Translations under genes and position numbers: made by a program
Source of the DNA: Vicugna vicugna
Lineage: Eukaryota
Length of the DNA: 64,000 bases
Assembly (NCBI GenBank): GCA_013265495.1
Contig: MU058669.1
Location: 664,056 to 728,055 of the forward strand
Reading direction: 5' to 3'
Shown: piece after piece, positions 40,001-54,083 of the stretch
Layout of the letters: each line of letters begins with the position of its first letter
Position numbering within the stretch: position 1 is the first letter of the stretch
Notes under the pieces: model-generated
Databases searched by the model: none
What the model was told of the DNA's origin: nothing
Seen by the model: only the letters and a program-made list of their open reading frames with translations

Positions 40001-41556
40001 GCACAGACAAGGATTGGTTCAGTCCCTCTCTCGATGCCAGACCACAGGAGGTTGCCAGCTAGCCTTGGGAGTGCTTTTACTTGCATCAAGTGCAGCTTCT
40101 TGGACAGCAGAGGCTGTGGGCGGGACAGTCAGCTTAGTAGTAGTGGGGCAGATGGTACTTGACATCCCCAGAGGAGCATTCATTAAGATAAGACAGGCAC
40201 AAAATAACTAGATTACACAGTAAAGCAGAAGGATTCCATATGAATGACACAGTGGTATTGGGAATCAGAAAAGGGAAAGATGACTTCTAGCCTGAATGGG
40301 GTCATTGATTCGTTTTCCCTCTTTAAAAAGAACAGTTTTCATGAATCCTAAATAAGAAGCTTCTTGGAAGTATCAAAGAGAAGGCAGGAAAAATGGGTTA
40401 TGAGATACATACGCAGGGACCACATCTAAGTCCAAAGTTCTATTTCTCTTTTATCGGGAGTTCACATTTTGATGCATAAGCTGGGACTTTACTTAAATGC
40501 ATTTGTCCTACATATTTTCAAAAGGCAACTGTGACTATTGCATAGACTGTTTAGTTTCAAGGACTTTAAAGAAATGCTGTGGTTTTCCATTGTGTGTTCT
40601 AAAAGAAAGCTGGATTTGAGTTTGGGGGTTGTCATTACTTAGGGCATGCCAGATCTTAGTAGCAAACAGATTCAAATGTGTATGGGCCAACAAAATAGAA
40701 ATTGATTGGTTCACATAACAGTCAGAAGTTCTGATGGGTGGGATGTGTGAGGTAGCTACTCCATGTAGCCAACCAGTCGTTAGCTATATAAGAAAAAAAA
40801 GCCTGGAGTGCTATCCATGGGACTTTTAACGAGTCACACCTGGAAGTGGCATAAGTCCTTCTGCTCATCTTTCATTTACTAAGCTCAATCACATGGCCAC
40901 ATGCGAGGGATGGTGGGAAATGTAGCCTACATGCCTAGGAAGAAGAGAAAATGGATTTGGGTCAGCAGCGTTTAGTCTCTGCCATATTTTTCAAAAGAAG
41001 AAATCTAGAAATTAAGAAGCAGTCTAAAAGATTTTGCAGTTTTCTAAAACAGGAGAAACGCTACTGCAAAGTATAACTACTTATTTTGGACACCTTCATA
41101 TAGCTTATTTTCATTTTCTCTTTCAAGTTTAAATCTAAGAATTTGAGAGGAAGGAGCCTGAAATTCTATGGCCTTAATTTATAGATGAGGTCCAGGGAGG
41201 TTTTCTCAGAATACTTCAATCTCTTGCTTGACTCTGTCATCTTACTCTCAGTACAGAAGGAGCATTTTGTTGGAGAAACACTAGGATCTGTGTTTAGAAG
41301 TTAAAAAAAAAAACCCCGCAAATTCGATAACTATTGAGAATCATAGTCTATTTGGAAGTGGATGCAAAGCGACCTTCACGTCTGAGTTTCTCCTGCAGCA
41401 TCTTGAATCTGAGTTCCATTCCTTGGGGACACTTAAAACAAGTCTATTCCCTGTTTTATCTCACACCCCTGGGACAGTGTCATGGTTCTCAGGCAGTTTG
41501 CTCTGGAGTTCTAGGGTTTCTGGGGTCATCTTCTTGGGCTAGGAGGAGAGCTGAGC

Positions 41557-41795
41557 CAGGGTCATGTTCTGACTTCCATGGGCCTTTTCCTTCATAAAAA
41601 TATTAAAAATTATACTTTATGACTGTATTGGTATACAGATGAGTATATTATTATATAACAGAACATTTTATTTGACCTGAAAGTACATTTTTTTCCTCGG
41701 ATTTTAAAAGAAATGAAAAACATTTTTGTGAGTTCCTCAAAGTATAGTGGGCCCTGGGCATTGCATCCACTAGTCTAGTGGATAAGTTGATCCTG
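41557..41795. mobile_element. hAT-Tip100-type MITE
   Basis: TIR cagggtca / tgatcctg (7/8); 8-bp TSD agctgagc / ggctgaac (6/8); AT-rich core. Confidence 0.6.
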
Positions 41796-42087
41796 GGCTG
41801 AACTTCCCCATTCCCCCTGTCAGAGATGTTAAAAAAATTGCTGAGGTAGAGTACCTCCAGATCATAGATGAGGAGACTTAGTGACTTACAAGGACATTTG
41901 GTGCATAAGTGACAGAGCCTGGGCCACTCTTTCCACATCCCATGCCATTCCCACTCATCCATCCATTCATTTACTCACACATTCCGTATTTGGTGAGACC
42001 TGTATGACATCAGGTGCCCTCCCCCACAGCGTCCCCAACCACACTTGGTCCTTACGGCGGGAGGTAAAGATACGTTATGTTCATTCT

Positions 42088-42229
42088 TGGTTTTGTTGTT
42101 TTTTTTTTTTGCTTTTCATAGTCTTTGTTGTTGTTGTTTTAAATTGGAGTATAGTCAGTTACGCTGTGTCAGTTTCTGGTGTCCAGCATAATGCTTCAGT
42201 CATACATATACATACATATATTCGTTTTC
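42088..42229 (-). mobile_element. Very short L1 3' end
   Basis: T-rich tail then ggagtatagtcagttac...; perfect 11-bp TSD atgttcattct (42077-42087 / 42230-42240). Confidence 0.8.
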
Positions 42230-42644
42230 ATGTTCATTCTGCAGATGTGCCATCTTGGCCTCAGAAGGCTGGGCGTGGGGTTTCTCCATCCTCTTCTTGC
42301 TACAGAGAACAAGAGTGCAAGCTCTGTTATGCCCCCTCCCTGGTCCCAGCTTCTCCTTGAGTCTGGTGTAATGAACAGCTTTTACCTTTTAAAGATCTTG
42401 AATATTTACAGTTCATGACAAAGTTCAATTTCTGTCTCAACCTATCAATAAAATGTAAAAGAAGTATCTGGGACAGAGTCATTGCCACCTGTTCACTTTA
42501 CAAATAGCTCCCATGTTGGGCCGGCACATATGTATCATGTCCCGTGACACTGGAACTGCTGTTACCCTACTTTACAGATGGAGAAACTGAGGCTTGGTGA
42601 GGCCGCAGAGTTTGAGCCCAGTCTGGCTCCAGCTCTCTCTTCTT

Positions 42645-43088
42645 TTCTTGGGGGGAGGTGAAATTCTTCTTTTTTTAATTTTATTTTTTATTGGAGTGTA
42701 GTTGATTTACAATGTTAGTTTCAGGTGTACAGCAAAGTGATTCAGTTATACATATACATACATATACATTTTCTTTTCAGATGCTTTTTCATTATAGGTT
42801 ATTATAAGAAATTGAATGTAGTTCCCTGTGCTGTACATTAGGACCTTGTTGTCTATCTATTTTGTATATAGTAATGTGTATCTGTTAATCCCAACCCCTA
42901 CTTTAACCCTTTTCCCTTTGGTAGCCATAGTTTGTTTTCTATGTCCCTGAATCTCTTGTTGGTTTGTAAATAGAATTTGTATCATTTTCCTTTAGATTCC
43001 ACATATAAGTGATAACACGATACTTGTCTTTCTCTGTCTGACTTTTCTTCACTTAATAAGATCATCTCTAGGTCCATCCGTGTTGTCG
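42645..43088 (-). mobile_element. 5'-truncated L1 3' end
   Basis: ttggagtgtagttgatttacaatg tail motif; 14-bp TSD agct(c/g)tctcttctt (42631-42644 / 43089-43102). Confidence 0.85.
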
Positions 43089-44064
43089 AGCTGTCTCTTC
43101 TTAATAGGTAAACTCTTCTCACTCCCTTTTTCTCACTCCTCTCCACTACTTTCCTTTTCTAACAGTTTTTTTCCTCTTCTCATTTTGACTTCTACAAAGG
43201 TATAGGAGGTGATTCAGCTGCTGAAATAGTTCCTATAAATCAATCAGTGCTTAGTCACCAGGAAGGTTTAGAATTTCACTTACCACCCAAATAGCAGGTC
43301 CTGAATAGTTGAAGAGAGCAGAGTTCATTTGTTCCCTGGGTCCCTGAGGTCAGTCCCCCAGAGCCACCTGCCTTGAGGGCTTCCCTCTGTCACTGAGTAG
43401 CACAGAATAGACTCCCTTCCCTTGAAACTTCTGTGGTTGCTGATATTTGAAAAAAAATACATTCATAATGAAGTCTTTTTATTTCTAAATCTAAGCTAAT
43501 TTTCAAATATTAAGTGTTACAGTGAAGCTAGAGTTGTATCTATGTGCACATGTATTTATTGATAAGCACATGCAGAGAAGCCGGGAAGGATTCCGTGCAA
43601 AGTAGAAACAGTGGCCTCTCGTGCTGGCGTTGGCAGCACACATACTAGAAACAGTCGTCTCTCCTGGAGAGCAGAGTGGGAAAACGAGCTCCCGTCTTTA
43701 TGAGACATAGTTCTGTATAATTTCCATCTTTCCAGTGGACAATTGCTTGTTTAATTAAAGAAATTAAACACCAAGAAATACTGTATTATGAAGAATAGAT
43801 ATGGTCTTGGGTGAAATCCCGTGGCCTCTCTGGGTTCCAATTTTCTCATTTACAATGTGAGGAATTAAATGAGCTCTGAGGATGCCGCCAAAGCACTAAT
43901 ATTCTCCAATTCTTTCTATTCTGTCTTATAAAGTGCAGCCTGTGCCGACCAACAGATCACCGGCAAGGGTAGGGAATCATTGTAATTTGCTTTTTTGAGA
44001 GTAAATAAAGTTACAGGCTTAATTTCTTCTGCTCCCAGAAGCAATGCAGCATTGCATCTGGCTC

Positions 44065-44660
44065 ATTCATTTCCCAGATACTTATTGAGCACATGCTGTG
44101 GGTTCAGAGAGGATTCTAGATGCAGAGGGCAGAGCAGTGAACAAGAATGACAAGGCCACCACACCTGCAAGAAACAAGACAAGATAAACAAGAATATAAA
44201 ATACATCACTGTCATCACAGGCTACGGTAACTGTTATGAAGGGACTGTAGGTGTTTGGAGACAGGGTGCTCAGGTAGCCTTTCTGAGGAGGAGACATTCA
44301 AGCTGACACCCAAAGGAAAAGAATCAGCAGGTGTGCCAGTAGCTTCAGGAAGGCGCATTCTGGGGGCCAGGGCAAGTACAAGCCAGGTCTGGAGGTGGTG
44401 GGAAGGGCTTAATGCATCGCAGGCTGGACAACAGTGAGTGAGGGGGAAACACGATGAGTGAGGCCGAGGGTAGACATGGGCCACATCCTGCAGATGAGCA
44501 GTCCTATGGGTTGAAGAGTATTGGATGTCAGGGAAAGATTTTTTTGCAGGAGAGTTGTATTCTGATGAAGCTATCATCAATGTGGATAGAGACTCCTGAT
44601 ATATTTTGAAGTAGGACTGATAAATCTTACCAATGGAGTGGGTGAGGAGAGTGGGGCAAA
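44065..44660 (-). mobile_element. L2 3' remnant
   Basis: cattcatttcccagatacttattgagcac tail; gcagtgaacaagaatgacaagg motif. Confidence 0.65.
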
Positions 44661-44889
44661 AAAGGGAAGAAGGAGGAGTGACATAGAACTAAGAGTCACC
44701 CTTGACCAGAGTCCTGCCAGGGGCTGCAGTCCCAGGTAGGCGTTGGATCAGAATGTTAATTTCATTTAAGCATCGAGTCCCTGCTTCGTGCTTAGAGTTG
44801 AGGAGGAGGGAGGGGAGTGTAAGACAGGGCCCTGACCTCGAGAAGCTTAAGGTTACTTTTAGGTTGCTGAGATACACTCACAGTGGCAA

Positions 44890-45402
44890 CTGTGCCAATA
44901 AAAAAAAAACATGCCTGCAAATTCTTTGACGCTCCTCCAGTTGACGCTGTCCCTTCCCCTTGACTCTGTGTGCTTGTGACTGCTTTGCCTGATAGAGTGT
45001 AATGGGAGTGATGGCACGTGATTTCTGAGGGAGGATTATGAATGGCAATGCCTTGTTCATCATCTCATTCATGCTTAGAGCCTGAACTTCATGACAGTGT
45101 GGGAACCACCATGCTGTGACAGGACATGCAAGCCACATGGAGAGGCTAAGTGTAGACTCTGTAAGTGGCAGGCCTAGTCCGTCAGTTGTTCCAGGTGCCA
45201 GATGTGAGGATAAAGAGACCTCCAGATGGTTACAGATCCCGGGCTGTGAGCCATGCTTAGCCTGAGTCTTCCCACCAGATGCCCCAGACATCATAGACCA
45301 GAGAAGAGCCGTATCCTGTTCAAATTCCTGACCCACAGAATCTGATTGTTTTAAGTCACTCAATTTTGGTGTAGTTTGTTACACAGCAAGAAAAACCAGA
45401 AC
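44890..45402 (+). mobile_element. MLT1F/G/H-type MaLR LTR
   Basis: aaattctttgacgctcctcc and aattcctgacccacagaatc...ttttaagtcact...tgttacacagcaa motifs. Confidence 0.7.
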
Positions 45403-45409
45403 AGCCAAA

Positions 45410-45850
45410 GAAAATCTGAAAGGGCTACCCATTGTATGATTACAACTGTGTGACATTCTGGAAAAAGTAAAACTGTGGGGACAGTAAAAAAAAAAATCAT
45501 TGGTTGTTAGCGGTAGGGGAGGAGGGAGGAATGAATAGGCAGAACGCAGAGGAGTTTTAGAACACTGAGACTCTTCTGTATGATAGTACAGTGGTGGATA
45601 TGTGTCATTATACATTTGTCCAGACCCATAGACTGTACAACACCAAGAGGGCACCACATGGGCTTGGTGTGATGGTGATGTGTCATTGTAGGTTCACTGA
45701 TTATAGCAAATGTACCACTCGTGTAGGGGGTGTTGATAATGGGGGGCTATGAATGTGTGAGGGCAAGGGGCGTATGGGAATCTCTGCACCTTCCTCTCAG
45801 TTTTGCTATGAATTAAAAACTGCTCTAAATATAAAGTCTTTTAAAAAATC
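45410..45850 (+). mobile_element. L1MC-type 3' end
   Basis: tgacattctggaaaaagtaaaactgtgg and tatgggaatctctgcaccttcctctcag motifs. Confidence 0.75.
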
Positions 45851-48800
45851 AAAACACAGTAGCCATCTAGGTTGGTAAATGTCTTGATTGAAATATTCAG
45901 GAAATCTTGATTTTCCTTCTGGCTTTAATACAAACTCACTCATTTTAGGTTTTGATTCTAATTACAGATAATTTGCACCATTTGGGGATTTGATGCTCAT
46001 TTTTAAAATGCCAGTCAGAGTGGCCTCGAAGGAGAGAGAACAGCTTTAACATCCTGAACACCAGTGTCCGTATACCTGGTAGCCTCTGTGGGGCTCTCTG
46101 TCAGATGCGGAGGCAGCCCGTGTCATTGGCTCAGATGGCCTTGATTGTCACAGGGTGGCAGATTTCCCACCCCCCTTTCCTCTCCTAATTCCCATTAAGG
46201 ATCTCAGGGCTTGGAAACAGATGTCAGGGAGGATTATAGAGTTCTGCTCCCCCTCCACCAACTAGGTCTGTGACAACTGGGCATGTCTTGTTTCTTCCAT
46301 AGGGCTGTTCCTTATTGGGGGAACAGAGATTCAGATGAGATAAGAGCTAAGAGGTATTTTTGTCTTTGTGTGTGATTTATTTTTATTTGATTTGATTTGA
46401 TTTGCATGAGAGCCAATTAAGGAAAAGCAAGATTTGAAAAATCTTTCTTCTTTAATTAAAAGTGAAAATGGCATTTAGAGAACCAAAAGCTGCCCTGAAG
46501 ACGCTTAACACCTTCTCTTTGGTCATCCTAACTCACATTTATTGTTTATCAGGTCTAGACATGCCCAGCCTTGTGTGGGGTGCTTAACATGCTTGAGGTC
46601 ATGTAGTCCAGCCTTTGTGGAAGGCATTGTTGTCCCCGGTTTAGAGATGAGCGCACAGAGCTCAGACAGGTTAACTGACTGAACTAACTGCCTGATGTTA
46701 TCTGACTGTCAGGATCTGAACACAAGATGCCGTGTTCCCCACTCTTGGAGAGCACGCTGTCCTGCTCTTCAGCCCATCCCCAAACTTGAAGACCCCGCCT
46801 AGAGCATGTGCTCTGTGATTCTGAGATTTTGTGGGCTCCTCCTCCTCAGAATGAGCTCCCGCAGGGGCCTTAGAGGAGATCTGGGTCTCCACAGAGTGGA
46901 AGCCAATCCTTTATACTTTCACTGATGACCAATTCCTAGTCCCACCAAAACACATCTGGGCTGCTTGCAGATTTGGGGTGTCCTCAGCACTCCATGTCCA
47001 GACTGAACTCCAGGCACCGAGGATGACAGTGACTGGGGTACCCCTCGACCACTCGCTTCCCTCCCGCCCTGTTTCCCAGAACACTTCCTACTTGGGGACA
47101 GGAACCCTTTCTCAAAGTCCTCAGCTCCTGATGAATGAACAGAACAGAACTGTGACTTTTGATGTTGGATAACTTCTGAAACCCACAAGCATCATGGTTA
47201 GATGATCAGGCTCTGGGGTCCCACAGACTTGAACCCTAATTTTAACTCTGTCCTTTATAATTTTCAATCTTGGGAAAATTACTTATATTCTCTTGGCCTC
47301 AGTTTCCTCATCTGTAATAGTATGCTTACAGCCTCTTCACAGCACAGGCTCTTGTGAGGATCAATTGGCTAATGATGTAAAATGTTTATTTAACATTGAG
47401 CTCATGAAAGATGAGCTACTATCTTCCTTCTCATCTTGAGGCTGAGGGAGTTGGTGACAGTGAGCTGTCTTGGGCTACATTTTAGGGATAAAGTGACGAG
47501 CTGGAACATCACTAGAATGCTGAGGAGAAACACAAACCGTGGAAGTAATAGTAACAGTAGTAATAGTAACACTCCCTTACAGTTGGTGTGTTCCACATTG
47601 CAGTTTACAAAATGCTTGTGTATACATCTATACATACACATGTGTAACCTTGACATGACCCTGGAGAGTAAGGAAACCATATCACATGATGTGTTATTGA
47701 GACCATGGCCAATGTTTACCTTGAGGGGTACAGGATGGGAGGAGGTGAGAATTGCCTTCAGATCTCTGGGAAGAGGAGGGACACTTGGGAGGGCAAACCA
47801 AGAACCATAGCCTAGGGACGTGTCTCTAGGTCATATATTGCATTTTTCTAATCAGAGCAGGCAGAGTGTAGATACAGCAACTTGGAGGAGGTGGTGAGTT
47901 TCCACGTTCCTGGAAGTATGCAAGCAAGAATCATGTGTTAGATAGTGACCGTTTGCCCAGCTCTCTGGCTGTCTTATTTGGGAGAGTCTGGGATTCTGGG
48001 AAATTGCATGTGACTAACTCAACAGGTAGAAAATGATACTCCTATGAGTCCCAGACATCTGCCATCTCTCTTCACCTTTCCCTCCCTGGCACAGGTGCGG
48101 CTGCACCTTTGTGAGAAGACTAGCATAGCAGGAATGTCATTCCGGTGGGGCTGGGGCAGCCAGTCTGGTCTGCTTGCAGCCTTCTGACTTAAATTCCACA
48201 TATACTTCTTGCCACCATCGGTCTTGCTGTGCTGGCCTGGGAGACGGGCGGGCAGAGATGGCTCAGGGTACCAATGCCGGGGCACGGTGCGCAGGGGAGG
48301 GTGGGCTCTGGCAGCGTGCCAGCCAGTGGAAAGGAGCAAGAGGTAAGACAGGTGAGGAAACAGCAGATGGAGTCACACCTGCAGGTGGGCTGCTGGCACT
48401 CTGTGGCGGTGGAGAACACCAAGTCAGGAGGAAATGGCACTGCTGACACCTGCCTTGGGGGTCTGTAGGAGGAAGAACTTCCTTCTACAGATTTGACCAT
48501 TCAGTGAGACTCGGTTTCCCGTAGCAAGGAGACGCGTGGAGTTGCATGTTGAGAATCTGGAAGCACAATCCTTCTGAGATGCAGGTTTGAATTGTCGTCC
48601 ATCGTTAACTCATTAATTCATTGGGCACCATACAGTTCTCGGCTTGGTGAGGCCACGGAATGGGAAGGCTTCTGCAGCTGTAGTTAAAAGTCCTGGTTTG
48701 GCCTTGGGCAACCCATTCAATCCCTCTGAGCCTTTGTTTCCTCATCTGTAAAATGGGGATATGAGCACCTGCCCTGTGCCCCCCACAGGCTTATTCTGAA

Positions 48801-51800
48801 GCTAGAATGAGGCCATATGCATAGCCTTGCAGCAAACCCTTTCTCTAGTGGTTATGGGAGAAAAGAGTGCATGAGAAATTATAGATTTTTCACTGTAAAT
48901 CCACATCTCCAAAGAAGGAACCATGAGCCAGTTTACAAGATCCTGATTCTTGGTTTTCAATGAAGATTCAACACTTATTTTTCTGCCAGACTGGGATAAA
49001 GGGAAGTATGGAGTCAGACAAGTCTGAAATGTAAACCTGGTTCCATCAGCTGGAAGTTCTCTAGATGCTGGATGAGTGAAAACATAGATGATGCCTGCCT
49101 CTCAGACCATTTCTCTGGGCATTAGAAGAGAGTAGATGTGATGCTGTCAGGGAGGGACTGGCTCACAGAAAGTTATCTGTACCAGACTGAGAAGCCGAAC
49201 AACCTGACACTCTTCCGACTGATATTCTTTAAATATTTTTCATCACTCTCTGGAAGACAGAGGCCATGCTATTGGGAAAAATGGCAGCACTGTCTCTGCT
49301 TGTCCCACAGAGGAATTCAGGCAGCTCATGGTTAATTCCTTAGAAGGCATTCATTGCAACCCTCTGGAGGATTCCCCTTAAGGCACTCTATGGAGCAGAA
49401 TTTTTGCCAATCCCTTAAATTTCTAATAATGGCAACAAAAATGTCTGTCAGACCACCCTTTTGCTTGGCTCTGCCTGTAAAACATATCAGTTTTCTCCTC
49501 TTTTCTCCCTTGTTTGTAGGGCCAGCCCTGGGCCAAGCACATCCTCAAGTTAGTTCATGCACGCTTCTGCTTTTTCTCTCCACCTAAGGGGTATCCCATC
49601 ACCAGCAGCTGTCTGGGGTCATCACGTGATGGAGCGCAGAGACTGTGAGTCAGGGGGTCATATGCCAGATCCAGTCTACCCAGTTTTGCTCATGTGAATT
49701 TGGGCAAGTCTCTTGACCTTCCTAAGCCTCGGGTTTTATTTATAAAATGAAAATACTCATCTCTGTTCTGTACACTATTTAGGACATTGCTCATGATCAA
49801 GGTAGACCATGGTTATGAAAGACTTGGTGGCTGCAGAATTCTGAGGCAATGTGAAAGATGATTATTCCAGAACAACCATCACTTTAAGGGGAAAAAAAAA
49901 TCAGAGTGAATGGAATCATGTGTGAATGAGCCAACAGGGTGGAATGAGACTTTTCAGGGACTTCCAGAAGCACTCAGCTCCTGCCTGGCCTTGCTGGCCT
50001 GTGCATCAGTACAAAGTATCACTTTTCTCTTTATTCTCATTTGTCTCTGCAGTCTCCCTCAAATCCTCATGGAATTTATGCATGTGGTGTGTTTCTTTCC
50101 ATCAAAACATTTAAGCAAAGTTATAGCCAACAGTAGCTATCCAGTCTCCCCTGCAGAACAGAAATAAACATGAACAAGAAGAGCTCTCCTTTTCTCCCTG
50201 AAATGATTCGAAGAGAGAGAGGTAGAGACAAAGACAAAGGAGTAGAGGAAAGAAAGTAGAGAGAGACTCTCTGCTAATATGCTTTTTCCCAAAGGTTGAA
50301 GAAAATAGAATTTTATGGACAGAAAGGAACTCATTTGAGGCCTCACTTACTGCTACCTTAACACCATGTCTTTTTCAGAAGACTTTCCCTCATTTGTGAG
50401 TTAATAGTCACAGTAGAAGACAGATGAGCAGGAAAGCCTTCTTTCCCCTGACAGCAGGGAAGAAAATGGAGGCTGACTGAAGTCAGGCTGTGACATGGGT
50501 GCCTCAGTACCTGCAGATGGATTTGGATGGGAAAAATCTGAATTCAGTCAAACCAGTTGCTACTGTAGAAACAATTGGTTAGAGCTCAGTTACTGATTTT
50601 CTTTTTCTTAATTAGTTATTTTATGGTTCCTAGCTGGTCACCGATGAATCAGAATTCCTTTTGTTGTTGGAGATGGATCTATAAGTCAGAATAGCCCAGG
50701 CAGAAGAGAACATAGGTTAGTTCCCATCACTGAGCCCGGAGAAGGGGTAGCCTCTGGAACATTGGGGGCCAGGGGCTCAAATGATGTCAGGACTCTTTCC
50801 TTCCAGCCTGCATCTTGGCTTGGGTGAGCTGGCTTTTTCCTCTTCTCCTACACAGGAGTCTGACTCTCTGTGATTCAGAAGATAGCCCTTGGATAATTTT
50901 AGCTTGGACTCAAAGTGTAAGGCCCCCTTCTCATTTGAACTCCAGATTAAAAATGTCCCAGGGAAGGATTCTAATTTTCCAGACTTGGGTCACAAGATCG
51001 TGTCTAGCCCAATCGTTACGGTCAGGACAAAAAGGAACTATAACTGCCTGGGCCAGGGATATGGGGAAGGCAGGATACTACGATTAGCAACACAACCAGG
51101 ACCACAGGATTATAGGGTAACAGGAGTGGTTCCCCAGGTGGCCAAAACCCACAGATGTTTACTCCCAGGATGGCACTGGTTTCTTTCTAATGGATTTCCA
51201 ATGGCTGAGAAGTTAGTTTTTACATCATCACTAAATGGTTTCTAAGCAGTTCATTGGACAGATTACTCAATCAGATTAAATTAACAGTTTCTTTTTTTTA
51301 AAAAAAATTCCTAAGTGGGTTTTTGTGTGAAGACAGGACCTCTAGGTCACAGTCCATGTGTTTTGAAAGAAAAACCAAAATGATTTGTTTTTTTCTGATC
51401 ATAGTTTGAAGGTAAGATGAAGAAAAGGATAATACTGTTTTATTTGTTTAAAAAACTAGATAAAATTTTTTAAAATCATTTTTTCTTCTTGGAACTGTTT
51501 AGATAACTGCTTCATTTCCTACTTCAAATGTACATCTAACCTCAGGCCTTTCTGCTGAATAACCAGTTTTTGCTGTTGCTTCATGACTACTTTTTAGATA
51601 AGTATATTAAAACGAGGGCTTCCTAAATGTAAAAATACGACACTGGCCTTCAGTCAACTTTAATTTTTCATTCTGAATTCTTTGCTTACCTCCCTGTGCC
51701 TCTTCTGTCCTTCGAGTGCCTCTAGTATTCCTACCAAAAGCTGCTATCAAGAGAACACCTTATAACAGGTTTGACTTTGCTGGATATTTCTGCCTCCCAA

Positions 51801-54068
51801 GAGCACTTACAAGGAAACTTAACTTTGTGGAATAAAGGGCTTCATCCTGGATAAGGAATTTGGGGAACAAAGTAAACACCAAGGAAATGTTTTTGATTGG
51901 GGAAAAATTTTATCACAGTCCTCAAGTGCCACCAGCTAGGCATTTGCATATTTTACTTTGATTTGAGACTGGTCTTAACTAGAGTTTTCAGTTGCCTCAA
52001 ACCAAAACCAAAACTAAAACCCTCTCCAAACCCCTACCTTCCCCAGATCATGGTCCAGTTTATCCAGGTACATCTAACTAGCCCTACAGGGCTGGGAAAA
52101 AAGCTAGACATTGAGTTTCAGGGTTGTTTGCATGTAAGAAGCTCTCTTTGCTGCATGTAAAGTACCCTGGGCTTTGAATCAGGAGGGCTAGCTTGCTTTA
52201 ATCAGGAATTTATGTGACCCTGGGCAAATCACTTACTCTCTCGGAACTCAGGTTTACTTATTCATAAAATGTATTTGGGTAAAATAATGATTAAATGATC
52301 TCTAAGGTTCCTACCAACTCTTACGAACTGTTCTGAGTCTCACTTATTTATGTGAAACATTCCTCCTGTGGAAATCCAAGTCTCTCTCCCCAGGGAAATG
52401 TGAGCATGAACTCAGACAATGTATGTAAAACGCCCAGCCCAGAGAAGATGTTCAATAAATCACCACTAATTGTGATACCACATGGTTTCTGTATCTTGGA
52501 GTTTTACAGATTGATTTTGTGTCCTGTTTTCTTTGTTGGTTACAACAGCCTTACTGTGACAATAGTCCAAACACACACACATCCAAGGGTCCCCTGCCAC
52601 GTGATACATGTGAGATACTATTGTGAAAATTCCCCTGGGCCAAAACCCCTACAGTCCTTCAGGAACTGGGGAGAATGCTTTGCTACAGCAGGAATGGTGA
52701 AAATGCTGCCAAGCAGCTGCACTTCCTCATCTTGTGTTTGTGGCTTGATTTATGAATCCATCATGGCCCCCTTTTACTGAGTATAGACTGAACCCAGAAT
52801 CCTTAGTGTCTTGGTGATATGATACCTCTCGGTGCCCTAGAAGTCACTGGCTCCTTCTCTGGTGACAGCTGGCATAGTCAAGCCAGTGCCATCCACGGGT
52901 GGTGGGTCTGTCCTTTTCTGGTAGTGTCCCTTGGGGATTTTTGATTGGAATCTGTCATAAGGAGAGATGGCTTCCTAGGATCTCCCAGTGATCTGTTCCA
53001 GTGTTGTAGGAATTAGAGGAATTCTAGGTGGCCAATGTTCTCCTTTTATCTCTGGGCCCTGCTTGGCTCAGGTATCAGGTAGGGATGGTAATTCTGCCTC
53101 ATGGACCTTCTGCCATGTGGATTAAGTGGGAGCAGTGGGGTAAAGTGCCTACCCCAGTGTGGGCAGGTAGTAGATGCCGAAAATATATGCTACTTGCTTA
53201 ACTCAGTACCTGACACCGAAATGAATTTCTTTCTCAGCCCAAAAAACTGCACTTCCCTATTTCACGGTGAATTAAAGCAACAGCTCCCTGTGTCCAGTCC
53301 AGCCTTCTCTTTGACTGCTCGCCCTGGCCATGTGGTACCCACTGCACAAGGAACTTGTCCTTTCCCAAGCAGGCCCTGCCTATTCCTGCCTTCATGCCCT
53401 GGCTTATGCTGTTTCCTCTTCTCTGAATGTCTTCTCTTTTCTCTCTGGCTGTGTAACGCCTACACACCCTCATGGCAACTCAGGAACATCATGGCCTCCT
53501 TCACTTATTTCCCCAGGCAGAAGTGATCTCTGCCTCCTCTGGACACCAGAGCGCATTTCAGCTCTACCTCTTTCATTCATCAGGTCATTCAACAAAGATT
53601 GGTGAAGGCTCTATCATGTGCCAGGCATCGTGCTGAAGCAGAGAGGGTCACTGGTCTCATGAATGCAAAATCTAAATGGGAAGAGGTAGATGTCAGAGTT
53701 CCCTTTTGGGAGGCTGGACACAAGGTGATGAGTGGCTTGTGAAAGGCTGAACCTAGGCACTTTGCCTTTTTTTCCTTGTATTCTACTTAATTGTACTTAC
53801 GCATCTTATTTTTCCTTCCTGACTATCAAGTCTCTGAGGTTAGGACTATCTCTTCTTTGCCTCCGTACTCCTCGTGACATCCTCCTGTGGACGTGGGTGC
53901 TCATTGCCTATGTTTGTTAGAAGGAAGAGTGTATATTCTGGAATTAAAAGTGACACTTATTGAGTCTTTTGGGGAATGGAGAGGCCCACCTGCAGGTCTC
54001 TCAGCTGGTTCTGGCTGCAGAGTCACTTGCAAAAAGAGACTGGGCGGAGGGTAGACTGACTGCCGGCA

Positions 54069-54083
54069 GAGCCCCCTGCTGTC
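54069..54083 (-). promoter_or_regulatory. Candidate CTCF motif
   Basis: Minus strand gacagcagggggctc matches the core CCAGCAGGGGGCGC at 12/14 positions. Motif match only. Confidence 0.35.

Noticed and set aside
43603..43666. 21-bp direct repeat (18/21) with 43-bp period, superficially repeat-spacer-like
   Set aside because: Only two degenerate copies in an old repeat-like remnant in a mammalian genome; ordinary tandem duplication, not CRISPR.
48019..48500. Four overlapping ORFs in a GC-richer patch
   Set aside because: No recognisable protein, codon pattern or convincing splice structure; expected by chance at this GC content.
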